Positions 30,330-41,140 of a stretch of 64,000 nt of DNA are shown piece after piece. The stretch is from an uncultured Phycisphaerales bacterium. GTDB taxonomy: Bacteria; Planctomycetota; Phycisphaerae; Sedimentisphaerales; Anaerobacaceae. The notes beneath the pieces are model-generated. The model was given only the letters and a program-made list of their open reading frames with translations, was not told the origin of the DNA and did not search any database. Numbering within the stretch: the first letter of the stretch is position 1; every line of letters starts with the position of its first letter. Location: NCBI GenBank assembly GCA_963718665.1, contig OY970359.1:704001-768000 (forward strand), read 5' to 3'. The translations under genes and the position numbers were made by a program.

Positions 30330-30524
30330 GAGTTTTTTTGGAATTTTTTAAAATTTTTTTTCAGCCCCAAAATGCCGTCAAGGTCCTAATAAATTGTAAA
30401 GGTCCCAAAATAACAGCGGATTACAGAGTTAATTTGCCTATTATACCAAAAGATGGTTGCGGCAATCAGCCCCAAATACGTCAACGCACGGCTTTAAAGC
30501 CGACCGTTCTTAATCGAGGACGTT

Positions 30525-32042
30525 CTATTTAGGCGGCAATAATTGATAGCTTACAAACGCGACGCGTTTGCTGTCGGGCGACCAGGACGGGACGTTTATA
30601 GTTCCCTGCCCGCCAAATAAATTTGCCAGAATTTTCGGTTTTCCTCCGCTAAGCGGCAAATATCTCAGGAGAACGTCCTGGTTCGCGGGATGCCCCTTGA
30701 CACTTTTGTCGTAGGACACAAACACAAGCCCTTTGCCGTCTGGTGAAGGATGGGCGAACCAGTCGGCGTAATCTTTATCGGAAGTAACCTGCTGCTGGTC
30801 GCTGCCGTCGGCGTTCATGCGCCAGATTTTCATCAGGCCTGTTCGCTCGGAATTGAAGAAAATATATTTGCCATCGGGCGAATAATCAGAGCCGTCGTCT
30901 TTGCCCGGAGCATTGGTCAACCGGGTTTCTTCGCCGCCTGCAACGGGAATCGTGTAAATATCAAATTCATTGTTTCTTTCGGCACAATAGGCAAGGGTCT
31001 TGCCATCGGGAGACCAGCCGTGCCAGTAAGAAGGTCCCTTCGGGGTTACAAGGCGAGCTGTGCCGCCCGTGATTGGCAGGACGTAAATCCGGGATTTGCC
31101 GTCGGGATTATGCTGGCTGCTGACAGCGAGAAATTTGCCGTCGGGCGAGAGGCCGTGGTCGTTGTTGCATTTTTTGGCTTCGCCGGTATCGAGCAATTGA
31201 GGTTTGCCGCCTTCGACGAGAATCGTATAGATAAGCCCATTGTTGTTAAACACGAGTGTTTTGCCGTCCGGGGTCCAGTTTGGCGCCTCAAAATGCTGTC
31301 GGGCACGATATATGGTTTTTCGTTCGCCGTTTTCGACGGAGATTGTTTCGAGTGTGCTTTCGAGGACGCGTCCTTTCATATTTACCACCCCTTGTTTTTC
31401 AAGTTTAACATTGGTGAATACAGCCGTTTCTGCGGTGTTGACATCGTGAGAGCAAACCACCAAACCCGCATAAACCGGGTCGGTCAGCTTCATTGTTACC
31501 GAGCCGACAATCTCGAATGTTTTGCCGTCAGGAGCGATGGAAAGCGTGTAATTATCGGCGTGGCGTTCGAGCTTTATTGTTATTGACGTGAAACCTTTTA
31601 CTGTTCGGACGATTTCAAGGTCGTCGCTCATTTCGCCGCCTTTGACTGGACGCCACTGCAAAGCGATAAGGCCGTCGCCGTGGACTATTGCGCCGATAAA
31701 AGCAGAATCCTTGTCAAGCGTCTGGCGGACAATCCAGCCGGCCTTGCGGTGTGCGACTTTGCCTTTTCCGACAAAGTTAATGTCCGCAACCATAGTCAGG
31801 TCGCCTTCGAGCCGATTATAGAGGAAATAAAAAGCGTCCCTGTTAAACCACATATTGTAGCCGCTGGCGGTGATTCTGTATTCGTTTTTAGCAGCGTCAA
31901 ATGACGCGGAGCCGGGTATGCCGATATCGCAGGCATCGCCAACGTCGCCCTGTCCTTCGAACTGACCAACCGCCGCCATTGAGATATTAGTAAGAATCGC
32001 CATAAAGCAAATCGTAACACAACACAACATCCCTCGCACCAT
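30525..32042 (-). CDS. Secreted TolB-like beta-propeller protein with N-terminal lectin-like domain
   Basis: Signal peptide; repeated (W/Y)SPDGK PD40-type motifs. Confidence 0.85.
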   Translation of the reverse strand: MVRGMLCCVTICFMAILTNISMAAVGQFEGQGDVGDACDIGIPGSASFDAAKNEYRITASGYNMWFNRDAFYFLYNRLEGDLTMVADINFVGKGKVAHRKAGWIVRQTLDKDSAFIGAIVHGDGLIALQWRPVKGGEMSDDLEIVRTVKGFTSITIKLERHADNYTLSIAPDGKTFEIVGSVTMKLTDPVYAGLVVCSHDVNTAETAVFTNVKLEKQGVVNMKGRVLESTLETISVENGERKTIYRARQHFEAPNWTPDGKTLVFNNNGLIYTILVEGGKPQLLDTGEAKKCNNDHGLSPDGKFLAVSSQHNPDGKSRIYVLPITGGTARLVTPKGPSYWHGWSPDGKTLAYCAERNNEFDIYTIPVAGGEETRLTNAPGKDDGSDYSPDGKYIFFNSERTGLMKIWRMNADGSDQQQVTSDKDYADWFAHPSPDGKGLVFVSYDKSVKGHPANQDVLLRYLPLSGGKPKILANLFGGQGTINVPSWSPDSKRVAFVSYQLLPPK

Positions 32043-32069
32043 TTCTACACCTCATTTTTTTTATTATCT

Positions 32070-33284
32070 TTACTGCTTGGTTTTTCTTACCGGTTTTTCA
32101 CGGACGAACCTGCTTATATTGCGAACCGCCTGGCGGAGGCGTTGCTCGTTTTCAACCAGCGCAATCCTGACGTATCCTTCGCCGTTTTCGCCGAATGCAC
32201 CGCCAGCCGCGACTGCAACTTCCGCATATTCCACAAGGTCCATAGAATAATCTATGGTGTTTTTGCCTTTGAGATGCTCCTGGGGGATTTTCGCCCAGAC
32301 GAACATACCGGCACGTGGTTTTGGGGCTTCCCAGCCGATGCGAGTAAGGCCGTCGCAGAGAACATCGCGCCGGGACTGGTATTTTTTGTTCTGTTCAATA
32401 ATATCCTTTGCGCAGTGCCTCATCGCGATAATGCCGGCAATTTGCACCGCCTGGAAAATGCCGTAATCGTAATAGCCCTTTATGGTGGCCAGGTAGTCAA
32501 TCATATCCTTGTTGCCCGCGGCGAAGCCGATTCTGAACCCTGCCATACTGTAGGGCTTGCTCATAGTGGTAAATTCGACGCCCACGTCTTTTGCACCTTT
32601 GGCGGAAAGGAAACTCGGGGCTTTATAGCCATTGAAGCAGGTTTCGCCATAGGCAAAATCGTGAATGACAGCAATACCGAATCGCTTGGCGATATCGATG
32701 ATTGGCTCAAAAAAACCCTCATCGACCGTCATCGCAGTCGGGTTATGCGGATAGTTCAAAATTAACAGCTTGGGCTTGGGATACAGATGCTCACAGACCA
32801 TAACTATATTATCTATGAACTTCTGGTCGCAGCCAAGCGGAAGGGATATGACATTTGCGCCAGCAAGAGCGACGGCGTAATTATGAATCGGGAACGCGGG
32901 GTCGGGCACAATGGCCGTATCGCCAGGCCCGAGCATTGCCAGACACATATGGCTGAACCCTTCCTTCGACCCGATACAGGCAAGCACCTCTTTTTCGGGG
33001 TCAAGCTCGACATTCCAGTTTTTGGCATATTTTTTCGCCATTTCGTTTCGCAGTCCCTTGATACCGCGGGATGCGCTATAACGGTGGTTCCTGGGGTCTC
33101 TGGCGGCCTCGCAAAGCTTATCAACAACAATCTGCGGGGCCCCGTCAACGGGGTTACCCATACCGAGGTCAATAAGGTCGGCTCCTGCCTGGCGTTTTGC
33201 GTGCTTCAGGGCATTCAGCCGGGCAAACAAATATGGCGGTAATCTTGTTATCCTTTGCGATGGCTCAATCTTAAATTCGCTCAT
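32070..33284 (-). CDS. PLP-dependent aminotransferase class I/II (AlaC/DapL-like)
   Basis: DLGMGNP, GSKEG, NYPHNPT, DFAY and SKPYSMAGFRIG motifs. Confidence 0.92.
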   Translation of the reverse strand: MSEFKIEPSQRITRLPPYLFARLNALKHAKRQAGADLIDLGMGNPVDGAPQIVVDKLCEAARDPRNHRYSASRGIKGLRNEMAKKYAKNWNVELDPEKEVLACIGSKEGFSHMCLAMLGPGDTAIVPDPAFPIHNYAVALAGANVISLPLGCDQKFIDNIVMVCEHLYPKPKLLILNYPHNPTAMTVDEGFFEPIIDIAKRFGIAVIHDFAYGETCFNGYKAPSFLSAKGAKDVGVEFTTMSKPYSMAGFRIGFAAGNKDMIDYLATIKGYYDYGIFQAVQIAGIIAMRHCAKDIIEQNKKYQSRRDVLCDGLTRIGWEAPKPRAGMFVWAKIPQEHLKGKNTIDYSMDLVEYAEVAVAAGGAFGENGEGYVRIALVENEQRLRQAVRNISRFVREKPVRKTKQ

Positions 33285-33389
33285 AATAATCTTCTCACAA
33301 GTTAAAAAGGGATATTCAAATATAATCGACAAGCATACCGTAAAGGGGTTAATTTTCAAAGGATTTTGTAGGAGAAGTAAACCGCCGAA

Positions 33390-34763
33390 TCAGACAATGT
33401 CGCCGAACAAGGTAAGCGGGGTTGTTCTGGTGATTTTGACGTTTGCGAACTGACCTGCAAGGGTTTCCGGGCCGTTGAAGACGGCAATCCAATCGCCTGC
33501 GGTCCTGCCGATAAGCTGAGGCAGGTTGCCGGGCTGATGTGCTTTTTTGCTTGGTCCTTCGACGAGGACTTTGACGGTTTGGCCTATGAATTCAGCGGCA
33601 AGAGTCCTGCTGATTTCCTCCTGCACCTTTAGAAGCTCGTGGTTTCGCTGTTCCTTGATTTCCTTGGGGACGTTATCTTCGAGGCGTTTATCCGCGATAG
33701 TACCGGGTCTGGGCGAATATTTGAAAATGAAGGAGTTTTTGTATCGTGCCTTTTTGACAAGATCAGCGGTTTGGGAAAAGTCGTCATCTGTTTCGCCGGG
33801 GAAGCCGACGATAAAGTCGCCCGCAATGGCGATATCGGGCACGATTTGCCGGGCCAAATCAATCAACTCAAGATATTCCGCCGAGGTGTAGCCGCGGTTC
33901 ATCGCCTTGAGGATTTGGTCTGAGCCGCTTTGTGCGGGGATATGAAGGTATCGGCAGACCTTTGGCAGATTTACCATCGCCTGCATAATCTCTTTGAAAT
34001 ACTTTTTAGACGGGTAACTTGTAACGAACTTTATCCATTCGACGCCGTCGATTTTGCTTATCATTTCGAGCAGGTCGGCAAGGCAACAGGTTTTATCGCC
34101 CGCTTTGTATTCGTAAGCGTTGATTCTCTGGCCAAGCAGGGTAATCTGTTTGATACCATTCTGGGCAAAGCGTTTGGTCTGTTCCATTATGGCTTCGGGG
34201 GGGCGTGATGTTTCAGGCCCGCGGACGTAAGGCACAACGCAGTAAGAACAGAATTTGTCGCAGCCGTGCATAGCCCGCACATACGCCTGAGCCGGTATAT
34301 CCGTGTCATCACCGCTGTATTCGATTTCAAACCGTTCGAGTGATTGAGCATCAGGCGATATTTGGCGAATCTTTTCAGTAACGGCAACCACCTTTTTCTT
34401 TTCCTGCAAGGCCTCGGCTATCAGCCGGGGTATTTCGGCGATTTGTGCGGGGCCGCAGACGATATCCACTGCCGACTGTTTAAATAACTCATCACCTAAT
34501 CGCTGTGCCATACAGCCGATTATGCCCACCACTAAATCAGGCCTGGTTTCCTTGATATGCTTGAGATTTCCGAGATGCGACATAACCCGCTGTTCTGCGT
34601 GGTCGCGCACCGAACAGGTATTGAGCAGGACAACATCCGCGTCTTTGGCATTATCGACGAACTGACAGCCGGCATCCCTAAGGGAGGATTCAACAATCGC
34701 CGAATCCAGCTTATTCATCTGACAGCCGAAGGTTTGGAGGAACACTTTTCCATTCATAGTCAT
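33390..34763 (-). CDS. miaB: tRNA i6A37 methylthiotransferase
   Basis: [26 protein letters not shown] and [10 protein letters not shown] motifs; TRAM domain. Confidence 0.95.
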   Translation of the reverse strand: MTMNGKVFLQTFGCQMNKLDSAIVESSLRDAGCQFVDNAKDADVVLLNTCSVRDHAEQRVMSHLGNLKHIKETRPDLVVGIIGCMAQRLGDELFKQSAVDIVCGPAQIAEIPRLIAEALQEKKKVVAVTEKIRQISPDAQSLERFEIEYSGDDTDIPAQAYVRAMHGCDKFCSYCVVPYVRGPETSRPPEAIMEQTKRFAQNGIKQITLLGQRINAYEYKAGDKTCCLADLLEMISKIDGVEWIKFVTSYPSKKYFKEIMQAMVNLPKVCRYLHIPAQSGSDQILKAMNRGYTSAEYLELIDLARQIVPDIAIAGDFIVGFPGETDDDFSQTADLVKKARYKNSFIFKYSPRPGTIADKRLEDNVPKEIKEQRNHELLKVQEEISRTLAAEFIGQTVKVLVEGPSKKAHQPGNLPQLIGRTAGDWIAVFNGPETLAGQFANVKITRTTPLTLFGDIV

Positions 34764-35305
34764 AAACCCGCAAGCCAATTTTTGGTAGTTATTACCTTAC
34801 TAAAACGCATTGCCTGGGTTACGAGAATTGCCCGATACAGCTCTTCGGCAGTAACAGAGCCCGCCGGATTGGAAAATGCAAGTGTGCCCGTAGCATCTGA
34901 AAGGAACTCGACCGCAAAACCGAGGTGAAACGCCTGGCGGGCGGTAGTATCACAGCACATCTGAGTCATATAGCCGGCAATGACAACCGTATCGACTTGC
35001 CGTTCCCAGAGCCATGATTCAAGAATTGTTCCGGTAAAGCTGCCGGGGAACGTTTTTTCGATAAGGACATCTCGTTTGCGGCGCTCTATCTGGTGGTGCA
35101 GCATCCAACTTTCGCTTCCTTTCTGGAATCTTTTGGAAAGCGGAGTAATCGCAGAATGCTGAATAACAACAATGGAGATGCCATGGGAGGCGGCTTCGTC
35201 CATTACCTTAAGGATATTCTCGAAGCTTCCCGGCGGGTAAACCACCTTGAGACCTTCGGCGAAATATACGTTCTGCACATCGATGACTAATAACGCTCTT
35301 TTCAT
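34760..35305 (-). CDS. Isochorismatase-family cysteine hydrolase
   Basis: [14 protein letters not shown] and [10 protein letters not shown] motifs. Confidence 0.92.
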   Translation of the reverse strand: MKRALLVIDVQNVYFAEGLKVVYPPGSFENILKVMDEAASHGISIVVIQHSAITPLSKRFQKGSESWMLHHQIERRKRDVLIEKTFPGSFTGTILESWLWERQVDTVVIAGYMTQMCCDTTARQAFHLGFAVEFLSDATGTLAFSNPAGSVTAEELYRAILVTQAMRFSKVITTKNWLAGL

Positions 35306-35955
35306 ATTTTTTCCTTCGCGGCAAGCCGAACGCCCATCTCAAAGGCCTTTTGACAATCCTGGGGGAATATTTCTTTTCGTCTTTTTAATTTCTGCACGGG
35401 GTCAAACCGCGGCGCTACTACTTTTGAATAATCCTCGAACTGATAAGTGTCAAAACTTAACAGCGTCTCACCTGAGCCGAAGATTATTTTCATAAGGCGT
35501 TCAATATTTTCGAAGCGATGCTGATAGCCGAACTCGTTCATTGCTTCTTCAGTAACGCCCATCGTATAAATAAACCCGGTGTGAATCTTTTTCGGAAAAA
35601 GAGACGCCGGCGGGGCGCTATAAATAATATACGGGAATATGAGCCGCTCCATAAACGACTGCATTTGGCCGGTGACAGTTCCCAGATAAACAGGCGAACC
35701 AAAAATAACAGCATTGGCCGTTTCCACCTTTTCAAAAATCGGCGTCAGAACGTCCTTTACCGCGCATTTGCCGTAGCTAACGCCGCCTTTCTTTTTGCAG
35801 GCAAAACAACTGATACAGCCCTTATATTTTAAATCGTATAAATGTATAAGCTCCGTTTCTGCACCCTGTGATGATGCGCCTTCGAGGGCTTTTTTAAGCA
35901 GGGTTGCTGTATTCCATTCTTTTCTTGGGCTGCCGTTAAATGCAATTATTTTCAT
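35302..35955 (-). CDS. Flavodoxin-like / iron-sulfur flavoprotein
   Basis: [17 protein letters not shown]...C and GSPVY motifs. Confidence 0.9.
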   Translation of the reverse strand: MKIIAFNGSPRKEWNTATLLKKALEGASSQGAETELIHLYDLKYKGCISCFACKKKGGVSYGKCAVKDVLTPIFEKVETANAVIFGSPVYLGTVTGQMQSFMERLIFPYIIYSAPPASLFPKKIHTGFIYTMGVTEEAMNEFGYQHRFENIERLMKIIFGSGETLLSFDTYQFEDYSKVVAPRFDPVQKLKRRKEIFPQDCQKAFEMGVRLAAKEKI

Positions 35956-35995
35956 TGGAATATACCTCCGGTCATTGATTTCGCGATTTTGGGCT

Positions 35996-36286
35996 TCAAA
36001 CTCCGTTTACAACAACGGCATTCGTTTTGGCGGATTGCTCTCGCAGAGGGGCGACTGCCCTATATTCCGGCGAGCGCCACCAGGCGTGGAATTTCTCCAT
36101 CGAGGCAAATTCGACAACGATAAGCCGGGCGGGTTTCCAGTCGCCGGAAACAACCGTTACCTGGCCTCCGCGGGCGAGATACTTACCGCCGAACTTTTCG
36201 ATAATCCGCGGGACTTTCTCGATATACTCACCGTATTTGGCCCTATCCATAACTTCTTTGGCTTCGATAATCATATAGACCGACAT
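35996..36286 (-). CDS. DUF1330 family protein
   Basis: GGKYLARGG...VVEF.S...WW.SPEY. Confidence 0.88.
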   Translation of the reverse strand: MSVYMIIEAKEVMDRAKYGEYIEKVPRIIEKFGGKYLARGGQVTVVSGDWKPARLIVVEFASMEKFHAWWRSPEYRAVAPLREQSAKTNAVVVNGV

Positions 36287-36318
36287 AATTTTACCCTTTC
36301 CTTCCGTAACAATTCTGT

Positions 36319-37113
36319 TTAATAACCGAATGCGTAATAATGGCCTTTTTCTTTTTTTATGCGCACCGGCACCCTGAAAAGCTCACCGATATTCCTGCTG
36401 GTGAGAATGGCCGCTTTGGGGCCGTCTTTATAAAATCTGCCTTTGCGCATCAAAATGACGCGGTTAATCTGCGGGATAATATCCTGGATGTTCTGAGTAA
36501 TAAGAATGATGCCCGTTCCCGACTTCGATATTTTTCGCATAATTTTTCGGAACTTGTGCTGCGCGTGCAAATCCAGTGCGATTGTCGGCTCGTCAAGGAT
36601 TAGCGTCCGTGGGTTATGTATCAGCGCCCTTGCGATAAGAAAACGTCTCGCCTCGCCCGATGACATCTCGGTCATAAACCTGTCCCTGAGGTGATAAATT
36701 TCCAGGAACCTGAGAATTTTTTCCGTCCTTTTTTTCATTTCCCGGCTCACCCTGTGGCCGTATAACCCGATGCTGCTGAAGAACCCTGACAGCACAACTT
36801 CCATCCCGGACATCTGGCGAGCAAAGGCGCTCTGCAAATCGCTCGATACAATGCCCAACAGGAACCGCAAATCGAAGATGTCCCATCTGTCCCGTCCCCA
36901 AATCCTGAACGAGAAATCCTTTTTGCGGGGCAGCGGGTAATACTCCCTTGTTATTGCCCTGATAAAAGACGATTTTCCTGCCCCGTTGGGGCCGAGTATC
37001 GCGACGTTTTCGCCCGCGCGTATGGTAAGCGACAGGGAATCGAGGATTTTCTTTCGTCTTCTGACGATGGTAACGTTTTTAAACTCCAGCAGCGGAATTT
37101 GCTTTTTAGCCAT
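36319..37113 (-). CDS. ABC transporter ATP-binding protein (ModF-like)
   Basis: GPNGAGKS, MSSGE and LILDEP motifs. Confidence 0.9.
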   Translation of the reverse strand: MAKKQIPLLEFKNVTIVRRRKKILDSLSLTIRAGENVAILGPNGAGKSSFIRAITREYYPLPRKKDFSFRIWGRDRWDIFDLRFLLGIVSSDLQSAFARQMSGMEVVLSGFFSSIGLYGHRVSREMKKRTEKILRFLEIYHLRDRFMTEMSSGEARRFLIARALIHNPRTLILDEPTIALDLHAQHKFRKIMRKISKSGTGIILITQNIQDIIPQINRVILMRKGRFYKDGPKAAILTSRNIGELFRVPVRIKKEKGHYYAFGY

Positions 37114-37240
37114 AAGCCCCACTATACAAATTAGCACCATCCGAATCAACATACCGAAAGCCCCCGAAGGTTGTTTATTTTACACAGGCGGGCGATTATA
37201 TTGTTAAGAGCGAAGACCATACGCAATTAAGGGTTCAGGA

Positions 37241-39943
37241 ATGACGCAGTGGTGGCAAATCGGCATCGAGCAGATATCCAAAAATCTTGGGACGGATTTA
37301 TCCAGCGGTCTGACCTCTCAGGAAGCAGCCGGCAGATTAACGAAATACGGCCCCAACCAACTGCAGGAGAAGAAAGCCATTTCTCCCTGGAGGATTTTCT
37401 TAGGCCAGTTCGAGGATTTTATTATCTGGGTGCTTATCGTAGCGGCAATTGTATCGGGTTTCCTGCAGGAATGGGTTGACGCGTTAGCGATTATAGCAAT
37501 CGTGGTTCTCAACGCGATACTGGGCTTTATACAGGAATACCGCGCCGAGAAATCGCTTGCTGCATTGAAGAAACTCTCAAGCCCGTCATCCAAAGTCATC
37601 TGCGACGGCCAGCACGCGGTCATATCATCTTTCGAGCTTGTGCCGGGCGACCTTATTGAGCTTGAGGCGGGCGACAACATACCCGCTGACAGCCGGGTGG
37701 TCTGGATAACCGCCAATTTCACCGTGCAGGAGGCAAGCTTGACGGGCGAATCGACGCCGGTGGCGAAAACAACCAAGGCGCTGGAAGCAAAAGACGTTCC
37801 ACTGGCCGACAGGGTCAACATGGTTTATATGGGGACATCGGTCGCGGGAGGCAAGGCGAGGGCCGTTGTCGCGGAAACAGCGATGCGGACCGAGCTTGGT
37901 AAAATCGCGGGTATGATTCAGGAAATCGAGCGGGATTCAACACCTTTGCAGAAAAAGCTCGAACAGTTCAGCAAGTGGATAGTTTACGCATGTTTTGTGC
38001 TTGTGGCGATGGTTTTTGTGCTGGGCGTTATGCGGGGCGGGAAATGGCTGGATATGTTCCTTACCTCGGTGAGTTTGGCAGTCGCTGCTATCCCGGAGGG
38101 AATGCCCGCGGTGGTAACGATAGCGCTTGCGATTGGGGTTCAGAGAATGGTCGCACGCCACGCACTCATCCGCAAACTGCCCTCAGTTGAGACGCTTGGC
38201 TGTGCGACCGTTATATGCTCCGACAAAACAGGCACCCTTACCAAGAACGAAATGACGGTCCAGGCGGTTTACGCGGACAGCAAACAATTCAAAGTAACCG
38301 GCATCGGCTACGAGCCAAAGGGCGATTTCCTTTTGGACGGCAAATCAATAAAACCAGCCGATTACCCGACGCTTGCCAAGGCATTACTTTGCGGAACGCT
38401 CTGCAACGGCGCGCAACTGATTCGTGAAGGCAACAGGTTCAAAATTTTCGGCGACCCGACGGAGGCGGCCATACTCACCGCCGCGGCCAAAGCGGATATA
38501 TGGAAGGAAAAGGCGGAAACCGACTGGCAGTTCGTTACAGAGATACCATTCGACTCCGAACGAAAGAAAATGACCATAATCCGGGAAAATTCAGGCAGGC
38601 GAATCGCCTTTGTAAAAGGAGCGCCGGATATCCTGCTCGGCGACTGCACAAAAATCGAATTAGCCGGGGCAATTAGAAACCTGCTCCCGAAAGACACGGA
38701 ATATATTTTGAACGCCAACAATCACATGGCAAACGACGCGATGAGAGTCCTGGGGCTGGCATATAAAGAATTGGACGATGCCGATACAAACTACCAGGCC
38801 GATACAATTGAAAAGGACCTGATTTTCGCGGGACTTGTTGCGATGATTGACCCGCCGAGAGAAGAGGTCAAAAAGGCGATACAGGACTGCAAGACCGCTT
38901 CGATAAGAACCGTGATGATTACGGGCGACCACAAGAATACCGCGGTTGCCATAGCGAAGGATTTGGGATTTTTCCAGGCGGATTCGGTTGCCCTCACCGG
39001 CGAAGAATTGGACAAGATAACCGACGAACAGCTTGCGCAGCAGGTGCAAAAGGCAAGCGTTTACGCACGTGTGTCGCCTGAGCATAAACTGCGGGTTGTG
39101 CGTGCGCTTCGGCGCCAAAACGAGGTGGTCGCGATGACGGGCGACGGCGTCAACGATGCGCCTGCGCTCAAAGAGGCCGACATCGGAGTAGCAATGGGTA
39201 TCACCGGAACCGACGTTACCAAAGAGGTCTCCGATATGATTGTTACCGACGATAATTTTGCGTCAATCGTGGCTGCCGTCGAGGAAGGCAGGGGCATTTA
39301 CGACAATATCAAAAAATTCATTCACTACCTGCTCTCCTGCAACACGGGCGAAATCCTTGTTATGTTCGTTTCGTCGCTCATCGGCTGGCCCGTGCCGCTA
39401 TTACCGATTCAAATCCTGTGGGTGAATTTAGTAACCGACGGCCTGCCCGCTCTTGCGCTGGGTGTTGACCCAATCGACCCCAACGTTATGAAACGCAGGC
39501 CACGCCCGCCAAAAGAGCCGGTCGTTACCAGACAAAGGGCATTCCTGATGCTCGCACAGGGCATTTTTATCGCTTTTTGCAGTCTGGCGGCGTTTTACTT
39601 TGTGATGTTTATTGAAAAGGAAGGTCTGCAGCGGGCCAAGACAGCCGCGTTTTTGGTGCTCTCGTGCAGCCAGTTGTTCCACGCCTTTAACTGCCGAAGT
39701 CAAACCGAATCGCTTTTCAAAATCGGCGTATTTACAAACCCTAAACTAATCTGGGCAACCGTAATATCCTTCCTGCTGCAAATGATGGTTGTTTATGTAC
39801 CCTTCTTCCAGACGATTTTCAAGACGAAGATGTTGACGACATTCGACTGGTGTATTGTAATCGCTATTTCGTCGCTGCCCCTGTGGGCGATGGAAATTAT
39901 CAAGACGATAACAAAACAAACTGGCGTTATGCAGCCAGCATAA
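37241..39943 (+). CDS. Ca2+-transporting-type P-type ATPase
   Basis: [29 protein letters not shown] and NLVTDG motifs. Confidence 0.95.
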   Translation: MTQWWQIGIEQISKNLGTDLSSGLTSQEAAGRLTKYGPNQLQEKKAISPWRIFLGQFEDFIIWVLIVAAIVSGFLQEWVDALAIIAIVVLNAILGFIQEYRAEKSLAALKKLSSPSSKVICDGQHAVISSFELVPGDLIELEAGDNIPADSRVVWITANFTVQEASLTGESTPVAKTTKALEAKDVPLADRVNMVYMGTSVAGGKARAVVAETAMRTELGKIAGMIQEIERDSTPLQKKLEQFSKWIVYACFVLVAMVFVLGVMRGGKWLDMFLTSVSLAVAAIPEGMPAVVTIALAIGVQRMVARHALIRKLPSVETLGCATVICSDKTGTLTKNEMTVQAVYADSKQFKVTGIGYEPKGDFLLDGKSIKPADYPTLAKALLCGTLCNGAQLIREGNRFKIFGDPTEAAILTAAAKADIWKEKAETDWQFVTEIPFDSERKKMTIIRENSGRRIAFVKGAPDILLGDCTKIELAGAIRNLLPKDTEYILNANNHMANDAMRVLGLAYKELDDADTNYQADTIEKDLIFAGLVAMIDPPREEVKKAIQDCKTASIRTVMITGDHKNTAVAIAKDLGFFQADSVALTGEELDKITDEQLAQQVQKASVYARVSPEHKLRVVRALRRQNEVVAMTGDGVNDAPALKEADIGVAMGITGTDVTKEVSDMIVTDDNFASIVAAVEEGRGIYDNIKKFIHYLLSCNTGEILVMFVSSLIGWPVPLLPIQILWVNLVTDGLPALALGVDPIDPNVMKRRPRPPKEPVVTRQRAFLMLAQGIFIAFCSLAAFYFVMFIEKEGLQRAKTAAFLVLSCSQLFHAFNCRSQTESLFKIGVFTNPKLIWATVISFLLQMMVVYVPFFQTIFKTKMLTTFDWCIVIAISSLPLWAMEIIKTITKQTGVMQPA

Positions 39944-39968
39944 TTATTCGCTCAACTATATTTTCGAT

Positions 39969-41060
39969 TCAGTCGCCGAAGCAGGTGCCGACCGAACGAG
40001 CCGATGTTATCAACGGGTGTTCGACAGGGATATTTCGCGGACCTTTCGCGGCCTCTTCAATGGGGACGGCTGCTATATCATTGCCCTTAACCGCAGCCAT
40101 ATACCCAAACTGCCCCGCTTCAATCAACTCAACCGCTTTTGTCCCTAAGCGGGTTGCGAGAACCCTGTCTGTCGGGGTGGGAGTGCCGCCCCTTTGCAAA
40201 TGGCCGAGAACAACCTGGCGTGTCTCTATACCGCTTGCCTGTTCAATCTGATGACCAAGCACAAAACTTATGCCGCCAAGACGCACCTGTTCGGGGCTGT
40301 TTTTCACGATTTGCCGGACGACGACATCGCCGCCTTTGGGCTTTGCTCCTTCCGAAACAACCACGATGCTGAATTTCTTGCCCATTCTATTTCTGGCTTT
40401 GACTTTGCGGACGACGGATTCGATGTCGTAGGGAATTTCAGGCATAAGGATTATGTCGCCCCCGCCCGCGACACCTGAATAAAGCGCAATCCAGCCCGCG
40501 GTCCTGCCCATTACTTCAACAATCATCACTCTATGGTGCGACTGGGCGGTGGTATGCACGCGGTCAATTGCCTCGGTCGCGATTGAAACAGCGGTATCAA
40601 AACCAAAAGTAACGTCCGTACCGCGCAGGTCATTATCAATTGTTTTGGGAACAGCCACAATTGGGACGCCTTCTTTGTGAAATTTGTTCGAAACAAACAA
40701 CGTGCCGTCGCCGCCTATGCAGACAAGGCACTCGACACCAAGTTTTTTAATGTTGGCGATAACCGTTTTCGAGACGTCGCAGAACTGAAGTTTCTTTCCC
40801 CGGCCTGTGGCGTATCTGTATGGGTCCGATTTGTTTGAGGTGCCGAGAATTGTGCCGCCTTCGGTCAAAATGCCTGATACATCCTCGTAATGGAGCTTTC
40901 GCCATCTGCGGTGGATAAGCCCTTCGTAGCCATCTTCTATGCCTATGACGTCCATTCCGAACTGAATAATCGCTTTCTTGGCGACCGCCCTGATTACCGC
41001 GTTTGTGCCGGGACAGTCCCCGCCGCCTGAAAGTATCGCAATCGACCTTGCTCTTCTCAT
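39969..41060 (-). CDS. pfkA: 6-phosphofructokinase
   Basis: GGDCPG, GGTILGT, GGDGT, PKTIDND, EVMGR and LGHLQRGG motifs. Confidence 0.95.
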   Translation of the reverse strand: MRRARSIAILSGGGDCPGTNAVIRAVAKKAIIQFGMDVIGIEDGYEGLIHRRWRKLHYEDVSGILTEGGTILGTSNKSDPYRYATGRGKKLQFCDVSKTVIANIKKLGVECLVCIGGDGTLFVSNKFHKEGVPIVAVPKTIDNDLRGTDVTFGFDTAVSIATEAIDRVHTTAQSHHRVMIVEVMGRTAGWIALYSGVAGGGDIILMPEIPYDIESVVRKVKARNRMGKKFSIVVVSEGAKPKGGDVVVRQIVKNSPEQVRLGGISFVLGHQIEQASGIETRQVVLGHLQRGGTPTPTDRVLATRLGTKAVELIEAGQFGYMAAVKGNDIAAVPIEEAAKGPRNIPVEHPLITSARSVGTCFGD

Positions 41061-41140
41061 AACGTCGCTCCAAAAAACTTTCCACATTCGTAGTAAGTAT
41101 ATCATCTGCATCAGGTGATACAACCTCTGAAGTTATCGAC

